A stretch of 47,490 bases of DNA. Source: Amoebophrya sp. A120. Its lineage: Eukaryota > Protista > Dinoflagellata. Positions 10,879-20,712 of this stretch are shown piece by piece (the first letter of the stretch is position 1; each line of letters opens with the position of its first letter). The position numbers and the translations under genes are program-made. The stretch lies in the NCBI GenBank assembly GCA_905178155.1, contig CAJINV010000042.1:21485-68974 (forward strand). Direction: 5' to 3'. Under the pieces are notes generated by a model. That model was not told the DNA's origin. It searched no databases and saw only the letters and a program-made list of their open reading frames with translations.

Positions 10879-11499
10879 ATGTACTCCAAGATCCTTGCTG
10901 CGTGCCTCGTTGGCAGCGTTGCTGCTGATAGTGAGCCGCTGATCCAAGTTGCCCTGGCGCCGCCAGTGGATGCGGGGAGTAGCTTCTCGTCCTATGGGAA
11001 GGCGGAATCCGCCATGGAAGCTTCTGGCGTGAGCAGTCTCCAGAAGGCCATGTCTTCCGCACTGGCATCCGCAAAGGCAGAGATTGACGCTGTGGTACAC
11101 CACTCCTCCTTTCTGCAAGGCGCACCAGTTTTCATTCGCGTGATGAGTGGCCCGGAGTCGGGTGCTTCCGCTGGTCGCGTTGCGGCTTTTGAAAACGTGC
11201 GATCTGATCTGGAATCCAAGCGCATTGCGCAAGCCACCGCGGAGTTTGGCGCTCTGGCCAAGATTGTCATCGGGGAGTTGAAGAGCGCGCTGCATGGGAG
11301 TTTTCTGCAGAAAGGAGCGGGATCTATCGGCGTCAAGGTCAAGGCTTCTGACATTCCGTGGGCGTCCACCGTGGATCTGCTGCAGGCCACTGAATCCTCG
11401 CGCGACGCGTCGGAGGTTGCTCTGCAGGGCAAAATCTTGGACATGCAGATCCAGTTCGTCAAGGCGTTGAACGGGATGATCGCCTCTGCATTGGGCTAA
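10879..11499 (+). CDS. Cassette gene 11A: secreted helical protein, 206 aa; paralog of gene 10
   Basis: Signal peptide, two SFLQ motifs, and PLIQVALAPP / AKIVIGE / ESSRDASE / IQFVKALN. Confidence 0.9.
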   Translation: MYSKILAACLVGSVAADSEPLIQVALAPPVDAGSSFSSYGKAESAMEASGVSSLQKAMSSALASAKAEIDAVVHHSSFLQGAPVFIRVMSGPESGASAGRVAAFENVRSDLESKRIAQATAEFGALAKIVIGELKSALHGSFLQKGAGSIGVKVKASDIPWASTVDLLQATESSRDASEVALQGKILDMQIQFVKALNGMIASALG

Positions 11500-11871
11500 A
11501 TTCCGTCTCTACGTTCCAACAGCATTTGTGCTGACAATTCTGCTGAATGTTGCGCGTTAAATGAAAAGTGCAGGCCGCGATGATATTTGTGAATCTACAG
11601 TGGCAGCTGGGCCACTTTTCCTCGTGCACAGGATCCAAGCGCAAATGGCGTGTTCAGCGTGAGTTCGTGCTCTTCAAACTGCGTTCCCTGAGACCATCGC
11701 AAATACCAAGGCAAGATTCTCAGGTAGGCTGAAATGAGTGACTGTCCAGAACGCTGCAAAATTTTTTTCGCGGAATTCGCCCCACAAAAAGCAACCGCTT
11801 CTGAACAAACTATTGTGAAATTAGGATTCATTTTTTTGTTACTCCGTTTCTCACGGATCAAGAAATATATA

Positions 11872-12201
11872 ATGTTTCGTCTTGCTCTCATCTTCACTGC
11901 CCTTTTTGGAGCTTTTGTCTCCGCCCAGCGTGAGAGCGACCTGTCTGACATTTCCGCAGCCGCCAAGGCGTACAAATCGGCGGGGCTAGCTTATCAGGCT
12001 GCTGCAGCATCCACAGGAGCCGCGTCGGCGGCTGCCACGGGAGGATCTGTCGTCGACTACACAACCGGCCAATCCGTCTCTTTTCTGCGCAAAGGAGCAA
12101 TGCTACGCGGTTTGGTTTCGCGCATCATGGGAGCTTCCGGTGGTTATCTGCCGGAGCGCAAGACGCAGTCTCCCATTGTTCAGCTGCACTTGCACGCCTG
12201 A
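11872..12201 (+). CDS. Cassette gene 12A: small secreted Ala-rich protein, 109 aa
   Basis: Signal peptide MFRLALIFTALFGAFVSA and SVSFLRKG. The C-terminus PIVQLHLHA is identical in 12B. Confidence 0.9.
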   Translation: MFRLALIFTALFGAFVSAQRESDLSDISAAAKAYKSAGLAYQAAAASTGAASAAATGGSVVDYTTGQSVSFLRKGAMLRGLVSRIMGASGGYLPERKTQSPIVQLHLHA

Positions 12202-12582
12202 GTTTTCAGGGTTGGGCTTTTGAAAGACGCCGTCTCAGCTTCTTAACAATTGTCTTGATTTTCAGTTTGGAGTTGTCAAATTCTTAACACTGCTATGATT
12301 ATCAGGTGCGCCACAGTTGCTACCCGACCGCAGTTGCAATTGCAGCGTTCGTAGCTGCTTGCTGTTCCAACAATTTGCTGTCTGGTAAGAATCATATGGC
12401 GCGCACTGAGTGAAAAAAAATGCAAGATTCGTGATGAGTGAAGTCGTGTTGGCGCTCATGGTTGCCAGCGCTCCGGAGTGAAAACAAAAGTCTCTTTGCA
12501 CACACCCAAAACGACAACCTCCTAAATCAACACGCCTCCATTTGATAGAGTCGCGTTGTTTTTCACTCCACTTTACCAAACC

Positions 12583-13050
12583 ATGTTCGGTGTTGCTGTG
12601 TTCTCCGCTCTGGTCGCCGCTGTGTCGGCTGATCCAATCTTCCCCGGCTCTGCCGCTGCTGCCGCCAGCACGTTGGCCGGAATCATGTCCTCGGGAAGCT
12701 CCAGTACTGCCTACAAGCAGTCCGTTGGGAATGCGTCTGCCAATGAAGCTGCCGCTATTGCCGCGGGAACTGCAGCACTCACGGAGGAAGTGTCTTCCGC
12801 AATGGCTCTGGAAAGTTTGAAGAAGGACGCTTACGTCGCAGCCCACATAGCAGTCAGGAAGCAGTTGTACGCTGGCGGGTGCCCAATGAACATGTCCGGT
12901 TGCCCCATCGGATTTACTGCGTCTGGTGGAACCTGCTACCCCACCGCCTCTTACACGGGATACTGCGGCCCGCAGTCGTTCTCTGGCATGAGCGACGCAC
13001 AGAAGACGGACTTCGCCTGGAAGTGCGGAGCTAGCTTCCCGTGCGCGTAG
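12583..13050 (+). CDS. Cassette gene 13A: secreted CPW-WPC domain protein, 155 aa
   Basis: Signal peptide. CPMNMSGCPIGF...CYPTASYTGYC...K..FAWKCGASFPCA is a clear CPW-WPC repeat. Confidence 0.92.
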   Translation: MFGVAVFSALVAAVSADPIFPGSAAAAASTLAGIMSSGSSSTAYKQSVGNASANEAAAIAAGTAALTEEVSSAMALESLKKDAYVAAHIAVRKQLYAGGCPMNMSGCPIGFTASGGTCYPTASYTGYCGPQSFSGMSDAQKTDFAWKCGASFPCA

Positions 13051-13536
13051 GGAGCTGGAGTTTTTGTCTCTAGGCAAAGATCTGACTTTTAGTTGCTCAA
13101 GCATTCTCCTGCCCAAATATACAAGAAAAACAGATTTGAAATTATGAGAAAGAAACTGGAAGCCCTTATCGCCGCTCAAGCAGCCTCCTCCTGCAAAATT
13201 GCTCAGATGTTCGTTTCGCAAAAGCAACTGACTCGTTGGCAAATTCGCCAGAAAACGTTCCTGCTCGGTGAGCGCAGCTGGATGAAAAAAGTGAAAAGTG
13301 AAGCAAGATATCTCCGTATGCGTGAGCAAGTGGATGAATTTGGATCTAATTGTATTTCCCTCGGCGTCATTCTCAAATCGCAAGAGAGAAATTTGAGTTG
13401 CTTCGTTCGCTACTAATCGTTGGTACGCTTTCTGATGTCGCTCTGACATATCTCAAAGGCTCTTTTTGTACTTATTGCAGAATCAAACTTTTTTCTCTTG
13501 TGGCAGACTCTGACACACCCGTCTTTTACATTGACA

Positions 13537-14111
13537 ATGCGCTTTACTGTTTTTGCATCGTGCGCGACGCTCGTCGCTGGCTTCACGGCGTTTAACTCGC
13601 CGACGGCCCCCGGAAATTACGGCCTCCCGGCTGAAAAAGCAGAATTCACTGGTGAAATTGCCCACAGCCTGCCAGAAGTGAACGTCCGGTACCACTTCCC
13701 GGCCTTTGACGCGGCTTCGGCCATGTCGTCCATGGAAAGCGGCTTGGCGATGGACAATCGTATCGCTGCGGCGGCTCAGGAGTTGCGTTCTGATAAAGTA
13801 TAATACTCTTTCTTTGTGAATCTGCATATTCTCGTCGCTCGTTTGTTCACACATTTTTCTGCTCGGGAAAAATAACATACTCACTCTGTACTCAAAAACA
13901 CCTGCAGGCCCTTCTGGCGGCGCTCACTCCCTCCAGTTTTCTGCGCAAAGGCGATGCGATTCTGGGCGCCATGGGAAGTCTCCCGGTCCCGCCGCAGCCG
14001 GACACCACGGGCTTGGCTGCCTTCCGGGAAATGATGTTGGGTATGGAGCATGCCCCCCGGCCGCACCCGACCTACGCCTCGGCGGCTGCGTCCTGTCCGG
14101 GAGGATGCTGA
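13537..14111 (+). CDS. Cassette gene 1B, 154 aa, 2 exons (13537-13797, 13908-14111)
   Basis: GT-AG intron at 13798-13907, at the same codon position as in 1A. The protein is collinear with 1A. Confidence 0.9.
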
Positions 14112-14419
14112 ACTGATGATCCAAGAGCAACGCGGACCTGTGCGTGAATATCAGTGCAAATGATTGAATCAGAGTTTTCTGACGGACCGCGACAAAAGGT
14201 CTGAAATCCACTCCTTTAGGTGTCGTTTTGTTCTAACGTTACAGAATGAGCGCAAATCGTCGCCCCAAAGAATGAGCGCAAAAGATGCAAGTGAGGTGCT
14301 GCAAATGCAAAAGGCCTATCAAACTTCGCAAGCTCCAAGATGTGGTCTGCAATGCTTATTTCAAGTGTATGATCCTTGTAGTGAATCTTTTTCTTTGTTT
14401 TGTTAGTCACAGAAACAAG

Positions 14420-15538
14420 ATGTTTCGTGTGCTTGCAGCAACTTCCCTGTGCGCTCATGGTGCGCGGATGTTCCCTGACCCGCTGGAAATGGTTCCGCCG
14501 GGTGTGGCATCGGGCATTGCGGGTAAGGTCGCCGACGCGACTCCTTACACTTTGAACCTGATGCCCCCCTCCATGCCATCTGCCGAGGCAAACGCTGATA
14601 TTGATGCGCTGATGGCTGTTGAGAAGGCCCATGAAAAGGGTCTGGAAGCGGCGGGGCTAGCGGACAAGCAACGCCTTCTGAGCGCAGAGATTGCCAAGGT
14701 TCACAGCATCGTTGGCGCGCACCACTCGTTTCTCCAGGGTTATTCGTCGCTCGCTCCAGCTGCTGATCATGAATTCGTGTTGCACGCTCCTGCTGAAGAC
14801 AAGGCGGCGGTTGACGCTGCCGTCTCGTCTATTTTCAAAACTGAATCTGCAAAGTCGTCGGCCGAAGCTGCCGCGGACGCATCCCTCAAGCAGGCTATGC
14901 TCTCTGCAGAGATCGCGAAGATCGGCCGGATCGTGCGCGGCAAGTCCAGCTTTCTGGAGCCCTTCGTGCCGCCAGTTGCCATTCAGTCCACCATGCAGGC
15001 CTCGCTCCCGTCTGTGATCGACATCCACTATGACGTGCCACATGCAGGGTTCACCCAGGAATTGGCCGCGTTGAAAGCCGCGTCCTTTCTGCAAAAGGGC
15101 AAGACTGACGTGTACTTTGAAGCAGGTGCCCCAGCCTCAGTCCTGGAAAGTGAGTACCAATCCATCAAGACGTCGCTTGAGCAGAGCATTGAAAAATCCT
15201 TCCAAGCCATTCGCTCCGCTGCTTTGGGCGCGTCCTTCTTGAAGGCCTCTCCTTTCCGTGAGCCGACTGTGCACGTGATGGTTGACTCCGCTTCAAAGGG
15301 CAAGAAGGTAGATATGGCGCGCCTGACGGCTGACGGATTTGCGTACGCGGCCAAGCGCCTTGCTAGCTTGGAAGCTGAAATGTCCCACAGCTCCTTCCTG
15401 AGTGGTGATGAAGTGCCGCGCTCCGCTCCGGTGCTGAACGTGGACATTGAGACTCCGACCTTCGTCTCCGGTGCAGATATCGCAACTGTCAAGGGTGAGA
15501 TGCAGGCCATTTCCAGCTTGCAGTCACAGCTGCGCTAA
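14420..15538 (+). CDS. Cassette gene 2B, 372 aa
   Basis: Paralog of 2A; similarity starts at ATG 14420. Confidence 0.92.
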   Translation: MFRVLAATSLCAHGARMFPDPLEMVPPGVASGIAGKVADATPYTLNLMPPSMPSAEANADIDALMAVEKAHEKGLEAAGLADKQRLLSAEIAKVHSIVGAHHSFLQGYSSLAPAADHEFVLHAPAEDKAAVDAAVSSIFKTESAKSSAEAAADASLKQAMLSAEIAKIGRIVRGKSSFLEPFVPPVAIQSTMQASLPSVIDIHYDVPHAGFTQELAALKAASFLQKGKTDVYFEAGAPASVLESEYQSIKTSLEQSIEKSFQAIRSAALGASFLKASPFREPTVHVMVDSASKGKKVDMARLTADGFAYAAKRLASLEAEMSHSSFLSGDEVPRSAPVLNVDIETPTFVSGADIATVKGEMQAISSLQSQLR

Positions 15539-15881
15539 ATCTCTGCTTGGCGCCCGGAGTCGCTCGAGCGGACCTTCCTACATTTGACTGATGAAAAACG
15601 CGTCTACGTTTCGCTTTTGAAATCTCGACTCTGCTTCGTGAGTTCTTCATGCGCTCCATCAGAATAATTTCTTCTTTTGTGTTCCGTATGAGTCGTCATC
15701 ACCCCAATCGCTGAGTGATGAGAAACAAATGTGGTAAGCAAATTTATAGTCCTCGTAATATGCTGTTTCGCGGAGAGATTGGAATCTAAACGGCCCACCA
15801 GGTTTATTTTTCTGCTCATTGTGTGTCCATGACCAACAAAATTAGAACCAACAAATCTATTTGATATTGCAGTCGAGCAAC

Positions 15882-16439
15882 ATGCGCGTTGTTTTCTGCC
15901 TTTTTGGAGCCGCCTCTGCCCTCAAAGTGAGGGACAGTGCGTCGGCAGCGTCCGGGCTTATCGGCTCGCTGTCTGGAGGAGGTGCGGCTGGATTGACTGC
16001 TGCCACCATGCCGTCGGATGCGAAGTTGGGAGGGGTGACCGGAGATTTACTCGCGGGCGCTGAAGCGTTTGCTGCTGCCGCTCCGTCATCGCCGGAGGAG
16101 AAGCAGCTCACAGCAGCGGTGAAAGCCGCAATGGGGTCGTCGCCCACGACCGTCGGCAAGTTTACTTTGCCTTACTCCACGGGTGCTGCGAGCTTTCTGA
16201 AGCTGACCGGACTGTCCAGCGGTGATTTGTCCACAATTGCCCAACAGGTTGCGGCGGCCGCGACTAAGCTCTCTGGACTCACTGGACCGACCGCTACCTG
16301 CCCGTCTGGATGGGTGGAGACCGCGGGAACGTGCAATCCTACCGGAAGCTACTCGGGTTTCTGCACCAGAGGCCTGCCGTCTGACCTGAGCGTCGCGGAG
16401 AAGCAAGAAGCGCAGATCTTCTGCGATGTCGCGTACTAA
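15882..16439 (+). CDS. Cassette gene 3B: CPW-WPC-like secreted protein, 185 aa
   Basis: Paralog of 3A with the same length. Confidence 0.9.
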   Translation: MRVVFCLFGAASALKVRDSASAASGLIGSLSGGGAAGLTAATMPSDAKLGGVTGDLLAGAEAFAAAAPSSPEEKQLTAAVKAAMGSSPTTVGKFTLPYSTGAASFLKLTGLSSGDLSTIAQQVAAAATKLSGLTGPTATCPSGWVETAGTCNPTGSYSGFCTRGLPSDLSVAEKQEAQIFCDVAY

Positions 16440-16782
16440 GCAGCAACCTGTGTCGCCTGATTACCGCAGCTAAGCGTGACTCTTCTAGTGTAATCGTTTC
16501 TAAGTTGGAATAGAGAACCCCACTCCTCAGATTCTTCGCTGGGCTGTGTAGCCTCAATCATTCTCATCATTCTGTTCGTTCGACGCTGCCTTGAGAGACA
16601 GGCTAGGACTCGGATACGTCCAGAGCGGAGTGAATGCTGTGCACTCAAACCTGATGCCAAAGCTGCCGTCGCCTAACGTTTTACTACAACACTGTCTGCT
16701 TGACTAACATTGCACGGTCTCCTCTCAACCTTGTAGCACTTTTTTTGAATAGAGAACCTGAAACTAGAACTTCTTGCGAAGA

Positions 16783-17169
16783 ATGCTGCGTACACTCTTT
16801 ATCGCGGTTGCGGCTTTTTTTGCCTGCTGCACTGCAGAGTCAATCAAAGTTGCTGGCCCGGGACACCTGACAGCAAGCGCCAAAGACATTGCTGCATTGG
16901 AGGCTCGCATTCAGGCGTTCATGCACTCCCAAGTCATGGGCAAAACTTCCTTCCTTAAAACTGGGGCTGCTGCGTGGGCCGGATCTCCAGGCATGGTCAA
17001 GGAGGCTTTGTTTTTGACGCAGCCAATGCGGACCGACTCTCCGGCGAAGGTCAACATCGTGGAGAAACGCCCTGAGTTTACTGCGTCGGCTTCCTCCGTC
17101 GCTGACTCTAGCCAAGCTGCTTATGATATGCAAGCCTTTTCTGCGGGTCTCGCTAGCTTGCGCGTGTAA
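16783..17169 (+). CDS. Cassette gene 4B, 128 aa
   Basis: Paralog of 4A with a 3-codon in-frame indel before the SFL motif. Confidence 0.9.
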   Translation: MLRTLFIAVAAFFACCTAESIKVAGPGHLTASAKDIAALEARIQAFMHSQVMGKTSFLKTGAAAWAGSPGMVKEALFLTQPMRTDSPAKVNIVEKRPEFTASASSVADSSQAAYDMQAFSAGLASLRV

Positions 17170-17435
17170 GCAGTGGCACTCCAACAATGTAAACAAGTGA
17201 CAATAACAGTCTCCTGATAAAAGTTAGTAACTAACCTACACAGAGACCCAAACTGGTCCTTCATCCCTTATGTCGTCATGATGTGTTCGTCTGGGCGCGA
17301 CCGCACCAAAATGGCTTTTGCTCTTCCGGTCTTTTGTCAAAATCAAATGGCCAAACCCTCCAAGTCAATCATTGAGTCTTTCCAACGCATTCGTCTCCCA
17401 AATAGTGCGTTTTTTTCCCAAACTGAGACACTAAG

Positions 17436-18441
17436 ATGAAAGTTGCTGTATCCTTGACGGTTGTGGCGGGCGCCAGCGCTCTGTCCATGTCGCAGCGGAT
17501 CACCGCGGGGAACCGTCTGCTGTCCCTCCCTGCACAGCACACTGAGGTGCCGCTGGATAAGCTGAATGAGGTCCGCGAGGTGTTGAGCAAGGACTGTGGT
17601 GCGGAATGCGTGAAGTACTGGGATTCCGTGATGTCGACTGCACAGAAGGATGGCAAAACGGTCCTGTCTGCACTTCAGGAACAAACCGCTGACACTTTCA
17701 ACAAAATGAAGGAATTCCAAGCCGCTGTGGAGCATGAGGACCCGACCACGGCGCTAGCTGAGTTCCAGGCAACCCACAGCGCCTTTTTGAAAGAGCGCAG
17801 CACCTTGTCGTCTGCTGTTCCAATGATGGACGCGCCCTGCTTTTTATCATAAACAAAACTACCAAAATGCCCAGACAACAATGTAATTCTTGCATTCAGT
17901 ACTGAAACTCAGGTGTATTCACGGAGTGACGGAGAGCTTAGTTAGAGCTTACATGCGGTTTGAGAATCGGACAGAAATGGTATTTTTGTTTGGCATACCT
18001 TGACGCCAAGTCCTGCAAGCTGGTGGAGGCACTGGGCAACCGCTGCAACTTCGGTCGTGTCGCGACCCTGGCCATCTACCAAGCCATCAACCTCCCAATC
18101 CATGTATTGGGTGTTGCGACCAAAATTCTGTGTGCCTGCATCGACGTTTACACCGCCAGCACGTGCTTGCTCAGATTCGCTCCGTTTTGCGGACCGGTCC
18201 ACTCGTTGATGGGAAAGGTCTGGGGCATCAATAATTCGGTTTGGGAGGCCACAAAGGTACACTATTCAGCTATTTTTTCTATAGACTAGTACGGGGGGAT
18301 CCGTGTAGCTTTTCTTTTGTGATTAATTGCGTCGCGCCGGATCAGGAGGCTTTCCCATGATTTCCTTCCCTTTACACAAAACAGGCCGTCACCAGCAAAT
18401 GCAAGGTTATTGGCAGCCCGTTAGTGGCCAGCCCGCCATAG
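17436..18441 (+). CDS. Cassette gene 5B, 3 exons (17436-17843, 18002-18256, 18385-18441); first intron non-canonical
   Basis: Removing 17844-18001 joins PCF to DAKSCK (5A: PCFDEKSCK). Removing GT-AG intron 18257-18384 joins EATK to AVTSKCKVIGSPLVASPP*. All segments are otherwise intact. Confidence 0.8.
17844..18001 (+). mobile_element. 158-bp introner-like non-canonical intron/insertion with imperfect terminal inverted repeats
   Basis: Absent from 5A and lacks GT/AG at the homology-defined junction. The left arm AAACAAAACTACCA matches the right-arm reverse complement AAACAAAAATACCA at 13/14 positions. Confidence 0.75.
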
Positions 18442-18745
18442 GCAGGATGCCAAACCGGTGACGTGTCAAAAAATCGGACGCGACAATACACTGATGAAAT
18501 CCTGATAGTTTTTTGATTCCCATTTTCCACAATGTATTTTCCAGCGTCTCACGTTCATATGTGTTCCTAAATTCGTGCTCATGTGTCGTGACAACGAGCG
18601 GCCACCCAAAAAATGCAATACTCGTAATCAAAGAGACAGAATCAGCCCGCGTAATCAAAGAGAAATCAAAGAGAAATGTTGCTTGACTTGCCGTAGCACA
18701 AGTCCTTGGCGTCGTGTTTTTTTTCGTGGAATCATCGCCAGGAAG

Positions 18746-19540
18746 ATGTCAAAACTTTTCGTCGCCTGCACTTTCGCTGCCGTTGCTGAGGCGGCTATGC
18801 CGTCTTTCGCGGTCGGTGAACAATTGGGTGAGGCGCTCTCTGCTGGAATCAGCTCGAATTCCGCGGATTTTCAGCAAAAAATTGCGCCTGCGCTGGCCCA
18901 ACCAGTGCTGCGCAACGCCGGCGTGGAGGCAGTGATGAGCGCTGCGGCTAAAAAGTACAGCTTCTTGCAGCGTCCCGTGTTGAACTTGCACGTAGGTGAG
19001 ACCGCGTCTGCGTCGCTCGCAGCTGATCGTGCTGCCGCTGCAACTGCACTGGCTGGCGTCGAGCAACAGGAAGTGCAGATGTTAGAACGCGCGGCACACA
19101 AATCCTTTCTGCGCACGCCGCTATCCGATCTCCAGCGTGAGGGTGCAGATGGATCTGTTTTCAAAGATGCAGTCAGCTACTACGGGTCGCTCGTTGACGC
19201 TGGTGGCTATTCTGCACAGCATGGTGTCGCAGGATTGTTGGATCTTGCTTCTCTGCCCAATGCTCGCGTTGCCATGCAGCCCCTCCTGTTCAAAGTCAAA
19301 AATCTCGCACAGAAGGAAAGTACCCCAGATGCCACCAGGGACATGGCCGGTTCTTTGATCACGTTCCTGACCAACATGCCGGTCTCGTTCCAGTCTAGTG
19401 ACTCTGCAACCGGCGCCTATGGCCACACAAACATCGTGCTGCCGTCGCCAAGTCGTGTTTATGGGGCTGAAGAGGAGATCGCACAGTTGAAGGCTGGAGC
19501 TATGGCGGCGGACTCCCTGGCGGGTTCGCTCTACCACTAA
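18746..19540 (+). CDS. Cassette gene 6B, 264 aa
   Basis: Paralog of 6A with the same length. Confidence 0.92.
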   Translation: MSKLFVACTFAAVAEAAMPSFAVGEQLGEALSAGISSNSADFQQKIAPALAQPVLRNAGVEAVMSAAAKKYSFLQRPVLNLHVGETASASLAADRAAAATALAGVEQQEVQMLERAAHKSFLRTPLSDLQREGADGSVFKDAVSYYGSLVDAGGYSAQHGVAGLLDLASLPNARVAMQPLLFKVKNLAQKESTPDATRDMAGSLITFLTNMPVSFQSSDSATGAYGHTNIVLPSPSRVYGAEEEIAQLKAGAMAADSLAGSLYH

Positions 19541-19853
19541 ACCGCTTCCTCAGTCTTGTCTCGCGGGCGCAGGACTCTCGGGAAAGGCACAGCAATTCAG
19601 ACATGTCTGAACTGAATACAATCAAATTCCCTGTGAATGCGCTTACGTCCGGAGCTCACTCGCTCTCTTTTTCTGCAAAACCAATGACTCGTGTGTTCAC
19701 ATTGTTTGGTGAGTGTAGATGAACAAAAACAAAAGCGGCAGCAAACTGGCGTGCTTGTACAACCGTGAGGACGCAACTCGAGCCGCATCACCATTGCATC
19801 TGCAATTACCAAAGCTGTAGCTGCGTTTCTTTCAAATACAACTAGCCCACACC

Positions 19854-20404
19854 ATGAAGTCGTTCGTCGTGGCATTCGCCTGCGGGATCGCATCCTGCTT
19901 GGCAACTGTCCCATTCGACCTGCCTAAAGAAATCTTCACTGATGTGAACAAAGGCGACGTTCCCGTTGTGAATGTTATCGCTGATCGTGCGTCGTTTTTG
20001 CGCGCTCCAGCACTGGCAGGTACAAGATTCCAACTGCTTAGTGGTGCTTACAACTTTCAGACTACATATGATGACTTTATTAACCGTGCAAAACTCTTAC
20101 AGTCAAACTTTACTTCTTCACTTCAGGTCTAGAATCTTCTTTGAAGGCGGCCCACCCCAGTGAATCGGCCATGATGATCAAGGCTACCCTATCCGACGCA
20201 CTCCAGGCGGCTGCTGTTGCAGAAGGTGTAAGTTTTTCGGCGGTGACCTGTGCCCGCAACTACGCGGGTTGTCCTTCGGGATGGGCCCCGTCGGGTGATG
20301 CCTGCGTCTCCGCGTCTGGAAGCAGTGTCTCCTTTTCTGGTTTGGCGGCTATTGAAAAACAAGCCGTTGCGGAGAGTGTTGGCGCAGAGTTCCCGTGTGC
20401 GTAA
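19854..20404 (+). CDS. Cassette gene 7B, 147 aa, 2 exons (19854-20019, 20127-20404)
   Basis: A phase-1 GT-AG intron at 20020-20126 restores ALAG-LESSLK as in intronless 7A. Confidence 0.9.
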
Positions 20405-20712
20405 CTCACTTAATCAGGACTTCCAAAAACGCGTCCAAGGCCTTTGCGTTTGTTTTCAAGTAAGTAAACAGCTCAAGCACCGCTCTCTCGCGTTCTAGGT
20501 CTCCCCGCTCTCTTGCGTGATATTTGTTTTTTTCTACATTTCATGATGTTCTTCGTTGCACAACCGTGGATTCGTGTGGAGAGACAATGAGTGACGCAAA
20601 TTTCTTCGTCGGCTTGCGTACATATACAATTGCATTTCCTGGCGGTCATGAACCTACCTCTTCATTTAACGCGCATTTAGCTACTTTTTTCTTTGTTACA
20701 AAGAATCAAATC

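Noticed and set aside
1113-13050. Bacterial or phage operon interpretation
   Set aside because: The genes have spliceosomal GT-AG introns, A-rich eukaryotic start contexts without Shine-Dalgarno motifs, ~300-bp spacers and CPW-WPC domains.
17817-17974. Canonical GT-AG solution for the first interruption in gene 5B
   Set aside because: The nearest GT and AG sites would delete conserved residues (PMMDAPCF) and add non-homologous ones. Homology with 5A runs right up to both non-canonical junctions.
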